DNA of 55,891 bases from Thermoanaerobaculia bacterium (GCA_035516895.1 DATIZY010000145.1:1-55891), one strand, 5' to 3'; counted from the first letter of the stretch, positions 27,049-36,317 are shown. Made by a program: numbers and translations. Notes: generated by a model not told the origin, from the sequence alone.

Positions 27049-27353
27049 GTCGATGCGTGGAGCGAAGCGAATCGCTTCACGAGACGCGCGACCGCGGCGC
27101 GATCGTTTCGATCGATCGCCTGTCGCATCTCCTCCGCCGCCGCGCGCGCCGCGGGCGCCACGGGCGCTTTCGTCTTCTGCAGCGCCCGGTCGGCGGAGTC
27201 GATCGTCGCGCGCACGAACGACGTCGGAACGCGGCCGGCGAGCCACTGCTCCCCGGTGAATTGCAGCGTCGCGACCCACGACGACGCCTGGTCGGCCGTC
27301 GTCCGACTGCACGCGGCGATCAGCAACAGGGCAAAAAGCAAATGCCGACGCAT
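27045..27353 (-). CDS. Small lipoprotein
   Basis: MRRHLLFALLLIAAC lipobox. ATGA overlap with the NRAMP start. Confidence 0.6.
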   Translation of the reverse strand: MRRHLLFALLLIAACSRTTADQASSWVATLQFTGEQWLAGRVPTSFVRATIDSADRALQKTKAPVAPAARAAAEEMRQAIDRNDRAAVARLVKRFASLHAST

Positions 27354-27395
27354 GCCGGCATTCGTGCACTGCATTCTGCTTGCCGAGCCGAGCCG

Positions 27396-27752
27396 TTACT
27401 CGCGCTCGCGAGCGACGCGGATCTGGTTCTGCACGTCCTCCACTCCCCTGACGGACTCGGCCACATCCTCGGCACGCCGCTTGGCCATACGATCGTCGAC
27501 GGAGCCGGAGAGCGTGACGACGCCGCCATTCACGTTCACTTCGATGTCGGTGGCGTCGATATAGTGATCGTCGGTCAGCCGCTCGCAGACGTCTTCGCGA
27601 ATGCGCTCGTCGGAGCGGCGGTAGTTTTTCGGTCCCGCTCCGCGATACGACGGCCGGCGATAGCGGTCTTCGACATCGCGTCCGCCGCCGCGCATGTAGC
27701 CCTCACCTTCGTAGCCGAAAATGCCGCGGTTCTCTTCGTCGTAGTGAGGCAT
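27396..27752 (-). CDS. BON domain protein
   Basis: Starts MPHYDEE with a GGAGGA SD. BON motif IEVNVNGGVVTLSGSVDD...VRGVEDVQNQIRV. Confidence 0.8.
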   Translation of the reverse strand: MPHYDEENRGIFGYEGEGYMRGGGRDVEDRYRRPSYRGAGPKNYRRSDERIREDVCERLTDDHYIDATDIEVNVNGGVVTLSGSVDDRMAKRRAEDVAESVRGVEDVQNQIRVARERE

Positions 27753-27797
27753 CGTTGTTCCTCCACGCAAAGTCGCAGCAACACGCGCACCAGCTTG

Positions 27798-28397
27798 TCA
27801 TTGAATCCTGCGCGCGCGGCCGTTCGCATCGATGAACGACATCGACGACGTGCCATCGGCCGCGACTTCGATGACCACGCGCCTCCTGCCTGCCGCGTCC
27901 ATCAGCGCCAGGCTCGTGTTTCCGCGATCGTCCGTGCCCGCCCAGAAGCGCCGGTGCGACTCGCCCGCTTTCGGGCTGTCACTCACCATCAGGCCGGCAA
28001 ACTTGTCCTCGCTGTCGTTGACTCCGGCGAGCTGCACGATCTGATTCGCTTCGTATTTGTCGAACGACAAGCTGCCGCCCGAATCGACGACCTGCCCCTT
28101 TGCGTCCCGGCGTCCGCCGAAAATCAGCCCGCCGTTCTCCGAGCCTTCATCGTTGTAGAACAGCATGCCGGCCTGCGGACGATCGAACGCGCGCTCTTTT
28201 CCATGGACGATGATGCCGGGCAGCTTTGCATGATCGGAGATGACCATCCGCAGCGTTCCGTCGGGCTCAACCACGTTGATGCGGTGGACCGTGATCTCGT
28301 CGAATGTCGTCGATCGCGAGACGGCCGTCAGCAACAGGTACGCGAGAATGGCGGTGACGACGAGGGAATACGCGGCCAGAAAGCGCAACGTCTTCAT
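27798..28397 (-). CDS. Hypothetical membrane-anchored protein
   Basis: 199 aa with an N-terminal TM (AAYSLVVTAILAYLLLTAV). No family recognised. Confidence 0.55.
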   Translation of the reverse strand: MKTLRFLAAYSLVVTAILAYLLLTAVSRSTTFDEITVHRINVVEPDGTLRMVISDHAKLPGIIVHGKERAFDRPQAGMLFYNDEGSENGGLIFGGRRDAKGQVVDSGGSLSFDKYEANQIVQLAGVNDSEDKFAGLMVSDSPKAGESHRRFWAGTDDRGNTSLALMDAAGRRRVVIEVAADGTSSMSFIDANGRARRIQ

Positions 28398-28530
28398 GCT
28401 CGCCCATTACGCATCGTGTGACCGGAAAGTTAACGTCATGCCGCGACCATTGATGCATCGCCGGGAGATCGTGGAGTCGGCGGCAGCGAGCCGCCGCTCT
28501 GCATGGAGCCCCTCGAGAACGCGCTGCAGA

Positions 28531-28734
28531 TCAGATGTAGCCCTTCGCGCGGGCGAGCGGGATGAGCGAGAGGACGATTCCGACCAGGACGATCATCAGG
28601 GCGCTCGAAAATATATAAGGATAAATAATCAGCAAAAATCCTACGATCAGATAGAACGGATCGTGCTCCTTCTTCGCGATGTAGAGGTACACCGTCCCAA
28701 CGCCGCCGAAGATCAATCCGAGGAAGAGGGTCAT
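28531..28734 (-). CDS. Small membrane protein (67 aa) with strikingly AT-rich codons
   Basis: MTLFLGLIFGGVGTVYLYIAKKEHDPFYLIVGFLLIIYPYIF... Two TM segments. The alternative start is at 28752. Confidence 0.45.
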   Translation of the reverse strand: MTLFLGLIFGGVGTVYLYIAKKEHDPFYLIVGFLLIIYPYIFSSALMIVLVGIVLSLIPLARAKGYI

Positions 28735-29710
28735 GTTAAATTCCCCCGCCATGTTCACCCTGACGAACGAGGATTTCAAGCAGGCGCGCGCCCGCATCGC
28801 TTCGCACATCAAACACACGCCTCTGCTCACGTCGCGGCAATTGAGCGAAGCGACCGGGTACGACGTGCGGCTCAAGGCGGAGCTGTTTCAGCGCGTCGGC
28901 TCGTACAAGATCCGCGGGCCGCTGAACAAATTCGCGCTCATGCCGGAGGAGCAGAAGCGGCGCGGTGTCGTCTGCTCGTCGGCGGGAAACCACGCGCAGG
29001 GAGTCGCGCTCGCTGCGAAGATCCACGGCATTCGCGCGGTGGTCTGCATGGCAGAGAACGCCACGCCGTCGAAGATCGCCGCCACAAAAGGCTACGGGGC
29101 CGAGGTGGTGCTGCACGGAACGATCTGGGATGAAGCGAACGAGAAAGCGAAGGAGCTCGTGCGCACGCAGGGACTCACGTACGTGCATCCATTCGACGAC
29201 CCGCAGCTCATCGCCGGCCAGGGCACGCTCGGCCTCGAGATTGTCCAGGACTGGCCTCAGGTCGACGCGGTGATCGTTCCGATCGGCGGCGGAGGATTGA
29301 TCTCCGGCGTTTCGATGGCCGTGAAGAGCCACAATCCGAAGGCGCGCGTGATCGGCGTCGAGTCATCGGACGGACCGGCGATGAAGATGAGCGTCGAGGC
29401 CGGGTCGCTGCAGACGATCGACTGCAGGACGATCATCGACGGACTGCGCGTGCGCCGCGTGGGCGAGCTGAATTTCTCGGTGGTGCAGCGCTTCGTTGAT
29501 GAAATCGTCGCGCTGCCGGATCGGGAGATTTTCGAGGCGATGATCTGGATCATGGAGCGCTGCAAGCTGGTCGTCGAAGGCGCCGCGGCGGCGCCGGTCG
29601 GCGCGCTGCTGCACGGACTCGTCAAGCTGCCCGCCGGCTCGCGCGTGGCCGTGGTCCTCTCCGGCGGCAACCTGAATCTCGATCAGCTGCGCGGGCTCAA
29701 ATGGAACTGA
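28733..29710 (+). CDS. PLP-dependent threonine/serine dehydratase (short form, no ACT domain)
   Basis: PLP-lysine motif GSYKIRGP, plus SSAGNHAQGVALAA and a GGGGL loop. The alternative start is at 28751. Confidence 0.9.
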   Translation: MLNSPAMFTLTNEDFKQARARIASHIKHTPLLTSRQLSEATGYDVRLKAELFQRVGSYKIRGPLNKFALMPEEQKRRGVVCSSAGNHAQGVALAAKIHGIRAVVCMAENATPSKIAATKGYGAEVVLHGTIWDEANEKAKELVRTQGLTYVHPFDDPQLIAGQGTLGLEIVQDWPQVDAVIVPIGGGGLISGVSMAVKSHNPKARVIGVESSDGPAMKMSVEAGSLQTIDCRTIIDGLRVRRVGELNFSVVQRFVDEIVALPDREIFEAMIWIMERCKLVVEGAAAAPVGALLHGLVKLPAGSRVAVVLSGGNLNLDQLRGLKWN

Positions 29711-30201
29711 GCATTCTCCGCGCGTGGCGCACGACCCATCGCGTGACGGTCTTTCTCATCGAGAACATTCCGCGCGACGTCTGGGCGGCGACGATTCCGG
29801 GCATTCCGCGGCGAACGATCCGTTCGATCGCCGCGCATCTCCACAATTCGCGCTGCAGCTGGATCAAGAGGCTCGGCGAGGAGAACGGCATCGACGCGCC
29901 TGCGTTCGTCGATCCGCACCGAGTGACGCAGCGGCAGCTCAAGACCGCACTCGAGAAGAGCGGCCGCGCGATGGAGGCGCTGCTGCGGCTCGCGTTCGCG
30001 AACGGCGGATCGATTCCGCCGACGAAGGCGTACGTCTGGCGCAACCTGCCGCTCGATGCCGGCCACTTCCTCGCCTACTTCGCGGCGCATGAGGGGCATC
30101 ATCGCGGGCAGATCGTGCTCGCTGCGCGTCAGCTCGGGAAGCGTCTGCCAGCCACCGTCACCGGCGGTCTGTGGCAGTTCCGGACGCACGCCCGCGACTG
30201 A
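29701..30201 (+). CDS. DinB-family (DinB_2) protein
   Basis: C-terminal HEGHHRGQI metal-binding motif and four-helix-bundle length (166 aa). Confidence 0.75.
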   Translation: MELSILRAWRTTHRVTVFLIENIPRDVWAATIPGIPRRTIRSIAAHLHNSRCSWIKRLGEENGIDAPAFVDPHRVTQRQLKTALEKSGRAMEALLRLAFANGGSIPPTKAYVWRNLPLDAGHFLAYFAAHEGHHRGQIVLAARQLGKRLPATVTGGLWQFRTHARD

Positions 30202-30246
30202 ACGGCCGGGACCGTGCTCGTACCGGATGCAACTGGGATATGTGAC

Positions 30247-30276
30247 GGGACGGACGACGCCGTGGTCATCCGTCCC
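30247..30276. terminator. Hairpin between convergent genes
   Basis: GGGACGGA-14nt-TCCGTCCC. Confidence 0.35.
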
Positions 30277-30290
30277 CTGAACGCCTGAAG

Positions 30291-30313
30291 GAAAAGAAGC
30301 GCCGCTGCGCTTA
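30291..30313 (-). terminator. Intrinsic-terminator-like hairpin that includes the stop codon of the 30311-30811 gene
   Basis: The sense strand reads TAAGCGCAGCGGCGCTTCTTTTCCTTC. Stem AAGCGC/GCGCTT is followed by a T-rich tract. Confidence 0.5.
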
Positions 30314-30811
30314 TCTCGGATCCACGTCGAGCGCGAACGTCAGCTCGAACGCCTCGGTGTCCGGCGAATGCTTGGCAGAAGCGTTTTTCGTCGCGTACGA
30401 TCCCTCGATTCGTTTTCCGTCGTTCTTCGTCAGCTTGAGGTTCGCCGCATCGCTCCTCGAGTGCGTGCCTTCGTCGTCGTACACCTGAACGTTGTAAGGC
30501 GTGCCGTCGTACTTGATCTTCAGCTCGACGAGCGTGTTGAAGTGCTTTCCGAGCTGGTCGGTCAGCTCGCGACAGGGATCGGACGATGCCTTGAGGGCGG
30601 CCTTGTTCATCGGACCGTTCGAAAACGCCACCACCGTGATCCGTTTGCCTTCGTTGAGCATGTCGTCCTGCGTACATGCGTACGAATCGGTCAGCGCGAC
30701 AGGTTTTCCGTGGTTGTAGTAAGTGCTGCCGGCTCCCAAGGCCGGACCGGCCATGATCGAAAGGGTCATCGCACACGCGAACACGGACACCGTGAGTCTC
30801 GGAAGAGTCAT
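30311..30811 (-). CDS. Secreted hypothetical protein (166 aa)
   Basis: Starts MTLPRLTVSVFACAMTLSIMAGPALGA and has an AAGGAG SD. The N-terminal extension of ORF 30311..30955 was trimmed. Confidence 0.6.
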   Translation of the reverse strand: MTLPRLTVSVFACAMTLSIMAGPALGAGSTYYNHGKPVALTDSYACTQDDMLNEGKRITVVAFSNGPMNKAALKASSDPCRELTDQLGKHFNTLVELKIKYDGTPYNVQVYDDEGTHSRSDAANLKLTKNDGKRIEGSYATKNASAKHSPDTEAFELTFALDVDPR

Positions 30812-30959
30812 GATTCGAATACTCCTTTTTCGCGAGGCGGGCATCATACCGCACCGCTGCAAGCACCTGAGCGATCGCGACTTTCCGCTGAAGCCCAAAT
30901 CACGAAATCGGTATCCGGGGCCGTGGCCGGCGAGGGATTGCGTTCCGCTGATCACAGCG

Positions 30960-31307
30960 TCAGTACGGCAGCTCGTCGGGATCGCGGCCGGCGTAGTCGG
31001 GCTCGGGGTCGTTCACGAACTGCACGGCGTGGATCGTCGTTCGTCCCTCGCGAATCGCTTTCGCGACGCGATGCCGGCCGTCCATGACTCGCCCATCGGC
31101 CGCGAGGATGATCGGGAAGTCGAGATCCGCTTCGTCGATCAGAAGCATGTGGCCGGCGAGGTCGTCCGACCAATCGTGATCGAGTCCGCGAATGTCGCTG
31201 ATGCGTACCTCTTTTCGGGGCAGCTCGCGCGAAAGCTCGACGAGGCGGTCGACGTCCCAGGCGAGCAGACCACGTTCGGACTCGCGAAAGTAGTACTGCT
31301 TTCGCAC
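30960..31307 (-). CDS. Small ParB/Srx-fold-like protein
   Basis: ILAADGRVMDGRHRVAKAI resembles the ParB-like DGxHR motif. 115 aa. Confidence 0.45.
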   Translation of the reverse strand: MRKQYYFRESERGLLAWDVDRLVELSRELPRKEVRISDIRGLDHDWSDDLAGHMLLIDEADLDFPIILAADGRVMDGRHRVAKAIREGRTTIHAVQFVNDPEPDYAGRDPDELPY

Positions 31308-31308
31308 G

Positions 31309-31725
31309 TTACCGCCGGCGCGCCGCCTTCGCGATCGCGATCCAGCGGTCGGGCGGCGTGGCAGCGATGATTTCGCCGATCGCGTCCAGCGGCAGATCGT
31401 CCGCGCTCTTGAAACGAATGCACGCTTTGCCCATGTCGAGCTTCCTGCCCGAGGCGCGCAATTTCGCCGCCTGCGCCGGATCGGCGTAGATGGTCATGAG
31501 GTGCAGCGACAGATAGGCCTTCTGCGACGCGAGGGCAACGTACCAGAGCGCATTGCCGTTGTAAGTGTCGGGATAACGCGCGAGCGGCACCTGGTAGACG
31601 AGCATGTTCTTGACAACGGTTTCCTCATAGCCCTTCGGCAGATTCTTGCGAATCAGCTTGCGGAGGCGAATGACGTCGGCTTTTCGCGTCTCGGGAATCT
31701 GCTCGAGAAATTCGGAAATCTTCAT
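31309..31725 (-). CDS. DUF1801 domain protein
   Basis: Starts MKISEFLEQIPETRKADVIRLRKLI. The upstream part of ORF 31309..32352 overlaps apbC out of frame. Confidence 0.65.
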   Translation of the reverse strand: MKISEFLEQIPETRKADVIRLRKLIRKNLPKGYEETVVKNMLVYQVPLARYPDTYNGNALWYVALASQKAYLSLHLMTIYADPAQAAKLRASGRKLDMGKACIRFKSADDLPLDAIGEIIAATPPDRWIAIAKAARRR

Positions 31726-31871
31726 CTCACGCTGCAGACCCGCCGATGTCGAAGAAGACCGGTCGAGGCACCGATGTCCGATACAGGGAGCTCCGGAACC
31801 GGCGCGGCCAGTCTCATGCGCTGACACTAGCACGCCGCGAGGACTCACGGGGGCGGGCCCGAAGGCGATGG

Positions 31872-32966
31872 TCAGTGCACGTGCGCGGGATGGTGCAGGC
31901 CGTGCGTGTGGCCCGCGAGACCGCTCTCGACCTGCGACGCGACCTGCCGCGCGAGCTCGACGAATGCCTGCGCCGCGGCCGACGTCGGATCGAGCACGAC
32001 GATCGGCTCGCCGCTGTCGCCACCGACGACCACCTTCGGATCGATCGGCACTTCGCCGAGGAACGGGACGCCCAACATTTCGGCGGTTTTGCGGCCGCCG
32101 CCGTGGCCGAAGATCTCTGTCCGCTCGCCGCAATGCGAGCAGATGTAGTAGCTCATGTTCTCGATGATGCCGAGGACCGGGACGTTGACCTTGCGGAACA
32201 TTGCGAGGCCTTTGCGCGCGTCGATGAGCGCGACGTCCTGCGGCGTGGTCACGACCACCGCGCCGGTCAGCGGAACTTTCTGCGTGAGCGTGAGCTGCGC
32301 GTCGCCGGTGCCGGGCGGCAGATCGATGATCATGAAGTCGAGGTTGCCCCACTTCACGTCGGTGAGGAACTGATCGAGAGCCTTCATCACCATCGGACCG
32401 CGCCAGATCACCGGCGTATCGGGATCGGTGATGAGGCCGAGCGACATCGTCTTCACGCCGTGGTTCTCCATCGGCATGATCTTCTCGTCGCGCTCGTCGA
32501 TCTGCGGACGCCCTTCGATGCCGAGCATCATCTGCTGCGACGGACCGTAGATGTCGGCGTCGAGGAGGCCAACGGTGTACCCGAGCGATCGCAGCGCGAG
32601 CGAGAGGTTCGTCGACACCGTCGACTTTCCGACGCCGCCTTTTCCGGAGGCGACGGCGATCTTGAATCGCACGCCTTCGAGAATCCCCGCCTGTCCGCCG
32701 GTCATCGGTCCGGCCATCTGCCGCGGCGCGACATCGACGCTCGCGCGCACGTTCTGTACGCCGGGAATCGCGCGCACTGCCTTCTCCGCGTCTTCGGCGA
32801 GATGCTTGCCGACGGCGGGATTCTCGGTCTGAAAGCGGATGGTGAAGGTGACATCGGCGCCGTCGATCCGGACGTCGTGCACGAAGCCGAATGAAACGAT
32901 GTCGCGCGAGAGCCCCGGAAAGCGGACCTTCTTCAGCGCTTCAAGAACCTGTTCCTGCGTGGGCAT
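31872..32966 (-). CDS. apbC: Mrp/ApbC/NBP35-family Fe-S cluster carrier ATPase
   Basis: N-terminal DUF59-like segment and a deviant Walker A, ASGKGGVGKST. CxxC is present (CSHCGE). Confidence 0.9.
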   Translation of the reverse strand: MPTQEQVLEALKKVRFPGLSRDIVSFGFVHDVRIDGADVTFTIRFQTENPAVGKHLAEDAEKAVRAIPGVQNVRASVDVAPRQMAGPMTGGQAGILEGVRFKIAVASGKGGVGKSTVSTNLSLALRSLGYTVGLLDADIYGPSQQMMLGIEGRPQIDERDEKIMPMENHGVKTMSLGLITDPDTPVIWRGPMVMKALDQFLTDVKWGNLDFMIIDLPPGTGDAQLTLTQKVPLTGAVVVTTPQDVALIDARKGLAMFRKVNVPVLGIIENMSYYICSHCGERTEIFGHGGGRKTAEMLGVPFLGEVPIDPKVVVGGDSGEPIVVLDPTSAAAQAFVELARQVASQVESGLAGHTHGLHHPAHVH

Positions 32967-33726
32967 TCGCTTTCCCCTCTCCTTTGAACTGCTCGTACGA
33001 GGCGCTGATGATCGGAATCGCTTCTTTCGCGGAGCCGACGACGGAGACGATGCTCAGGTCCTTCGCGCCGCAGAGGCCCCTCTGGACCATCGTCCGGTCG
33101 ACCCACTCGATCAGACCGCCCCACATTGTACCGACGAGGATCAGCGGATGCTGGGTCATGTGCTTGACCTGCAGAAGCTGCCAGACCATGAACAGCTCGA
33201 GCGCCGTGCCGATGCCGCCCGGCATGACGATGAACGCGCTCGACAGCCGCACGAAGTGATGCAGGCGCGAGAAAAACGTGCGGTGGCGGAAGACTTTGTC
33301 GACGAACGGATTCGCCTGCTCTTCGCTCGGAAGATGGATCGCGAGTCCGAACGACCGAGCCTTGCTTTCCACCTGCCCCTCGGTCGCGCCGGAATTCGCC
33401 GCTTCCATCAGGCCGGGACCGCCGCCGGTGACGATGTCGACACCCATGCGCGCGAGCTCGTAGCTGAGCGACTTCACCTCGTCATAAATCGGGTCGCCGC
33501 GGCGGATACGCGAGCTGCCGAAGATGGAAACGCGATAGTGCTCGACCCGCTCCGGCTGGATCTGATCGAGATCGTTGATGGTCTCCCACAGCTGGTAGAT
33601 GGCCTTGTCGAGGATGTGGCTCGGGTCGACGCCGGACCGCCGCTTCGATTGTCCCCGACGGAGCTCTTCCAGCTCGGGAGTCGTCGTGTTGCGTCGCTGA
33701 TTCGTGGCCATTTGCCGGGCGGCCAT
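32941..33726 (-). CDS. LOG family protein (TIGR00730-type nucleotide phosphoribohydrolase)
   Basis: Motifs GGGPGLMEA and PGGIGTALEL. Confidence 0.85.
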   Translation of the reverse strand: MAARQMATNQRRNTTTPELEELRRGQSKRRSGVDPSHILDKAIYQLWETINDLDQIQPERVEHYRVSIFGSSRIRRGDPIYDEVKSLSYELARMGVDIVTGGGPGLMEAANSGATEGQVESKARSFGLAIHLPSEEQANPFVDKVFRHRTFFSRLHHFVRLSSAFIVMPGGIGTALELFMVWQLLQVKHMTQHPLILVGTMWGGLIEWVDRTMVQRGLCGAKDLSIVSVVGSAKEAIPIISASYEQFKGEGKANAHAGTGS

Positions 33727-33743
33727 CTTACTCGATGATCTTC

Positions 33744-33771
33744 CCGCCCGCTGCTCGCCCCTCGCCGCTCG
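33744..33771 (-). repeat. (CGAGCGG)-type heptamer array x4 immediately after the SPOR gene stop
   Basis: The sense strand reads TAG CGAGCGG CGAGGGG CGAGCAG CGGGCGG. Confidence 0.7.
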
Positions 33772-34389
33772 CTATTTCGTGATCCAGACGTCTTTCGAGA
33801 ACTGCTTGAGCTTCGCCTCGGCCGCGTGCGCTTCGGCTTCGCTCGCGAACTTCACGCGCACGCGGAAGACCGTGCCTTTCTCGGTCGCGCCGCGCTCGAC
33901 GTAGGCGGACGTGAAGCCTCCTTCGATCAGTTTCGCAGCGAGGGTTTCGGCGGTCTTTTGATCGGAAGTCGACACCAGTTGCGCGTAGGCGGGGCCGGCG
34001 TCCGGAGCGGCTTCAGCCGGCCGGCCGGCTGAAACGGGGCCGTTGTGCGGGCCGGCTTCAGCCGGCTGTCCGACTGAAGTCGTCACCACACTCGCCCCTT
34101 CGATCGTCGCCGGCTGCGGTGCGCGGGCCGGCGCAGGCTCGGCAGCGGGCTCCTTGAAGTCCTCGTCGGCGACGACCCTCTTCGCTGCAGGTACCGCGGT
34201 CGTTTCGGCGATCACCGGCGAGTCCTTGCGGACCACGAGGTGCTCGTCGGTCGCGCCGCGGCCGATCAGAAGGCCGAACGCGAACGCCGCCGCGAGCGAG
34301 AGCAGCAGCAGGACGAAGGCGACGAACGCCTGTCCCGCGGTCAAAGAGATTTCGTAGTGGGATTGATCGTCGGTGAGAACTTCTTCCAT
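33772..34389 (-). CDS. SPOR domain protein with an N-terminal TM
   Basis: C-terminal SPOR fold sequence YAQLVSTSDQKTAETLAAKLIEGGFTSAYV...FRVRVKF. GGAGGG SD upstream. Confidence 0.8.
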   Translation of the reverse strand: MEEVLTDDQSHYEISLTAGQAFVAFVLLLLSLAAAFAFGLLIGRGATDEHLVVRKDSPVIAETTAVPAAKRVVADEDFKEPAAEPAPARAPQPATIEGASVVTTSVGQPAEAGPHNGPVSAGRPAEAAPDAGPAYAQLVSTSDQKTAETLAAKLIEGGFTSAYVERGATEKGTVFRVRVKFASEAEAHAAEAKLKQFSKDVWITK

Positions 34390-34412
34390 TGCACGCCCTC
34401 CGCTTCCATGGA

Positions 34413-35087
34413 CTACTGCGGCTGTGCGCCGGGCGGCGCCGCCGCGTTCCAGTTTGTGTGATAGACGACCCCGTTGTCAAAGTAGATGGCCGAGGCGCCT
34501 CCGTCGGCTTTCGGGTAGATCCAGACGGAGTAGACGCGGCTGTTCTGCACGACCTGTTTGATCCAGTCTTCGCGCGGGAGACCGACGAGCTTCCGCACGT
34601 CGTCTTCTTTCATTCCGGTATGCACGTTGGCAAATGCGGTGATGGAGACGTAGCGCCGGCTCTCGGCCGTCGCGACGCGCTGATTCGCCTCCGGATCGGT
34701 GGGATCGAGCCGCACCGCGGCGCGGTAGAACTCGAGCGCTTTGTCGTAGCGCGAGAGCAGGTTCATGTACTCATCGCCCATGAGAATCTTTTCGCGGACC
34801 AGAAGCTTCGCCGCGCGGGGATCGTGCGTGCGGTCGTAGTACTCCTTCACCTTGTCCATGAACGGGGCGTACATCGGCTCGAGTTTCTTGTGGGTCTCGA
34901 GCGTCGCCTCGATCAGCTTTTTGCGCGGCGCGTCGGGCGGCGGCGCGGGCTGTGCCTTCCGCACCGATTCGATCCACGCGTAGTCGGTCATGATCTGACC
35001 CCATTCGCGATCGTTCGGCTGATTGGGAGAGCTGGTGGTGCAGGCAGCAACGAGGATTGTTGTGAGGAGGACCAGGGCGGGGCGCAT
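34413..35087 (-). CDS. Lipoprotein with a C-terminal SmpA/OmlA (BamE-like) domain
   Basis: MRPALVLLTTILVAAC lipobox. The C-terminus reads HTGMKEDDVRKLVGLPRED. I prefer the ATG at 35087 over the TTG at 35093. Confidence 0.6.
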   Translation of the reverse strand: MRPALVLLTTILVAACTTSSPNQPNDREWGQIMTDYAWIESVRKAQPAPPPDAPRKKLIEATLETHKKLEPMYAPFMDKVKEYYDRTHDPRAAKLLVREKILMGDEYMNLLSRYDKALEFYRAAVRLDPTDPEANQRVATAESRRYVSITAFANVHTGMKEDDVRKLVGLPREDWIKQVVQNSRVYSVWIYPKADGGASAIYFDNGVVYHTNWNAAAPPGAQPQ

Positions 35088-35095
35088 TGGCAATG

Positions 35096-35101
35096 ATTGT
35101 A
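35096..35101 (-). promoter_or_regulatory. -10-like TACAAT, 8 nt upstream of the lipoprotein ATG
   Basis: The sense strand reads TTTTACAATcattgccaATG. No SD is present. Confidence 0.4.
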
Positions 35102-35160
35102 AAAGAGGTTGGATCGGCGAGATTCGTGAGTCGCGGTTGGACGACCGAAGAGCTCAGGCC

Positions 35161-35207
35161 CTCCCACCCGCTACAGCCACCCGCTACCCGCCCCCACCCG
35201 CTACCCG
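35161..35207 (-). repeat. (TAGCGGG)-type heptamer repeats giving a G-tract-rich sequence after the DUF4388 stop
   Basis: The sense strand reads TAGCGGGTAGCGGGTGGGGGCGGGTAGCGGGTGGCTGTAGCGGGTGGGAG. Confidence 0.8.
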
Positions 35208-36317
35208 CTATTTCTTGACCTTCTGCACCATCGCGATGACGTCGCGCTCGAGCGAGGTCCCGCCGAATTCACTCTTCACTTCGAGAATCCATCCGTACAG
35301 CAGCTCGTGCAGAACCGTGTGCACGATCAGTCCCTGATTCTCCGATCCGGAGGCGATCAGGTTGTTCAGCAGCTGATCGAAATCGATGCGCCCCTCGTTG
35401 ACCATGTTCATGCCGCTCAGGTACGGCAGCATGTCGGGCGACAGATGCAGCACCACGCGATCGATGAAGTCGTAGATGTGATCGCCGATTTTCTGGAAGA
35501 CGAGATTGAAGATGCCCTGATACGCGGTGTTGTAGCGCTCCACGAGCGCCGCCAGCTCGTATTCGCTCTCTTCCGCCTGCTTCGTCTCGACGACCGCCTG
35601 CCCCTCCGCGTCCTGAATCAGATTCACCGTCAGGAGACCCCAGATCGTCTTGCAGCTCGCGAAATTCGACAGGTAGCTGTGGCGGACGATGTCTTCGATC
35701 TTCGTCGGCTCGGCGACGAGGTTGAACACGTGGTTCTCCTCCTCGTTGAGCTCGAGAGCGAAGCTGCGCGCGTTCGAGCCTGGCGCCTGCTCGAGAATGC
35801 GATCGGGCCGGCCGAGCCCGCGCGTGATCAGCGACCAGAAGCCGATGCTGGCAATTCCGTCGAGGATCAGCCGTTCGGTCGACAGCGGCAGCGCGGGGAT
35901 GTCGTCGGGAAAGTCGTGCGTGAACTCGATCGTGTAGCTGCCGGTGCGGTAGCGCATGGCGTTGAGCACGATCGCACTCGCCTGACGCTCGACGGCGCGG
36001 CTCAGATCTTCGGGCTGCAAAAAGCCGAGCTCCACCAGCAGTGCGCCGACGCGGCGCGGCGTCACCAGCCGTTCGGTCACCTGGTTGTATTGCTCGAGAT
36101 TCAGCTCACCGCCGCGAAGAAGAACTTCGCCGAGGCCCATGTCGGGATCGGTGCTCGAGGCGAAGGTGATTTTCCCTTCGCTCACGTAGATCACATCGGT
36201 ACGGCCGAGCCCTTCGAGCGACACGATGGCCGTCTCGCTGCTCCGAATCAATGAGCGAAAGAGATCGGGAACGGTCGTCTCCGCGAGCGTTCCCTGGATG
36301 CTGAGATCTTCAGACAT
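35208..36317 (-). CDS. DUF4388 (PATAN-like) domain protein
   Basis: N-terminus LSIQGTLAETTVPDLFRSLIRSSETAIVSLEG, with a second DUF4388-like repeat downstream. Confidence 0.75.
   Translation of the reverse strand: MSEDLSIQGTLAETTVPDLFRSLIRSSETAIVSLEGLGRTDVIYVSEGKITFASSTDPDMGLGEVLLRGGELNLEQYNQVTERLVTPRRVGALLVELGFLQPEDLSRAVERQASAIVLNAMRYRTGSYTIEFTHDFPDDIPALPLSTERLILDGIASIGFWSLITRGLGRPDRILEQAPGSNARSFALELNEEENHVFNLVAEPTKIEDIVRHSYLSNFASCKTIWGLLTVNLIQDAEGQAVVETKQAEESEYELAALVERYNTAYQGIFNLVFQKIGDHIYDFIDRVVLHLSPDMLPYLSGMNMVNEGRIDFDQLLNNLIASGSENQGLIVHTVLHELLYGWILEVKSEFGGTSLERDVIAMVQKVKK

Noticed and set aside
27354-27395. Expected Mn-type (yybP-ykoY-like) riboswitch upstream of the NRAMP cassette.
   Set aside because: Only about 42 nt are available between the BON gene stop and the lipoprotein start, which is too short. 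There are only (CGGCT) repeats and no conserved riboswitch features.
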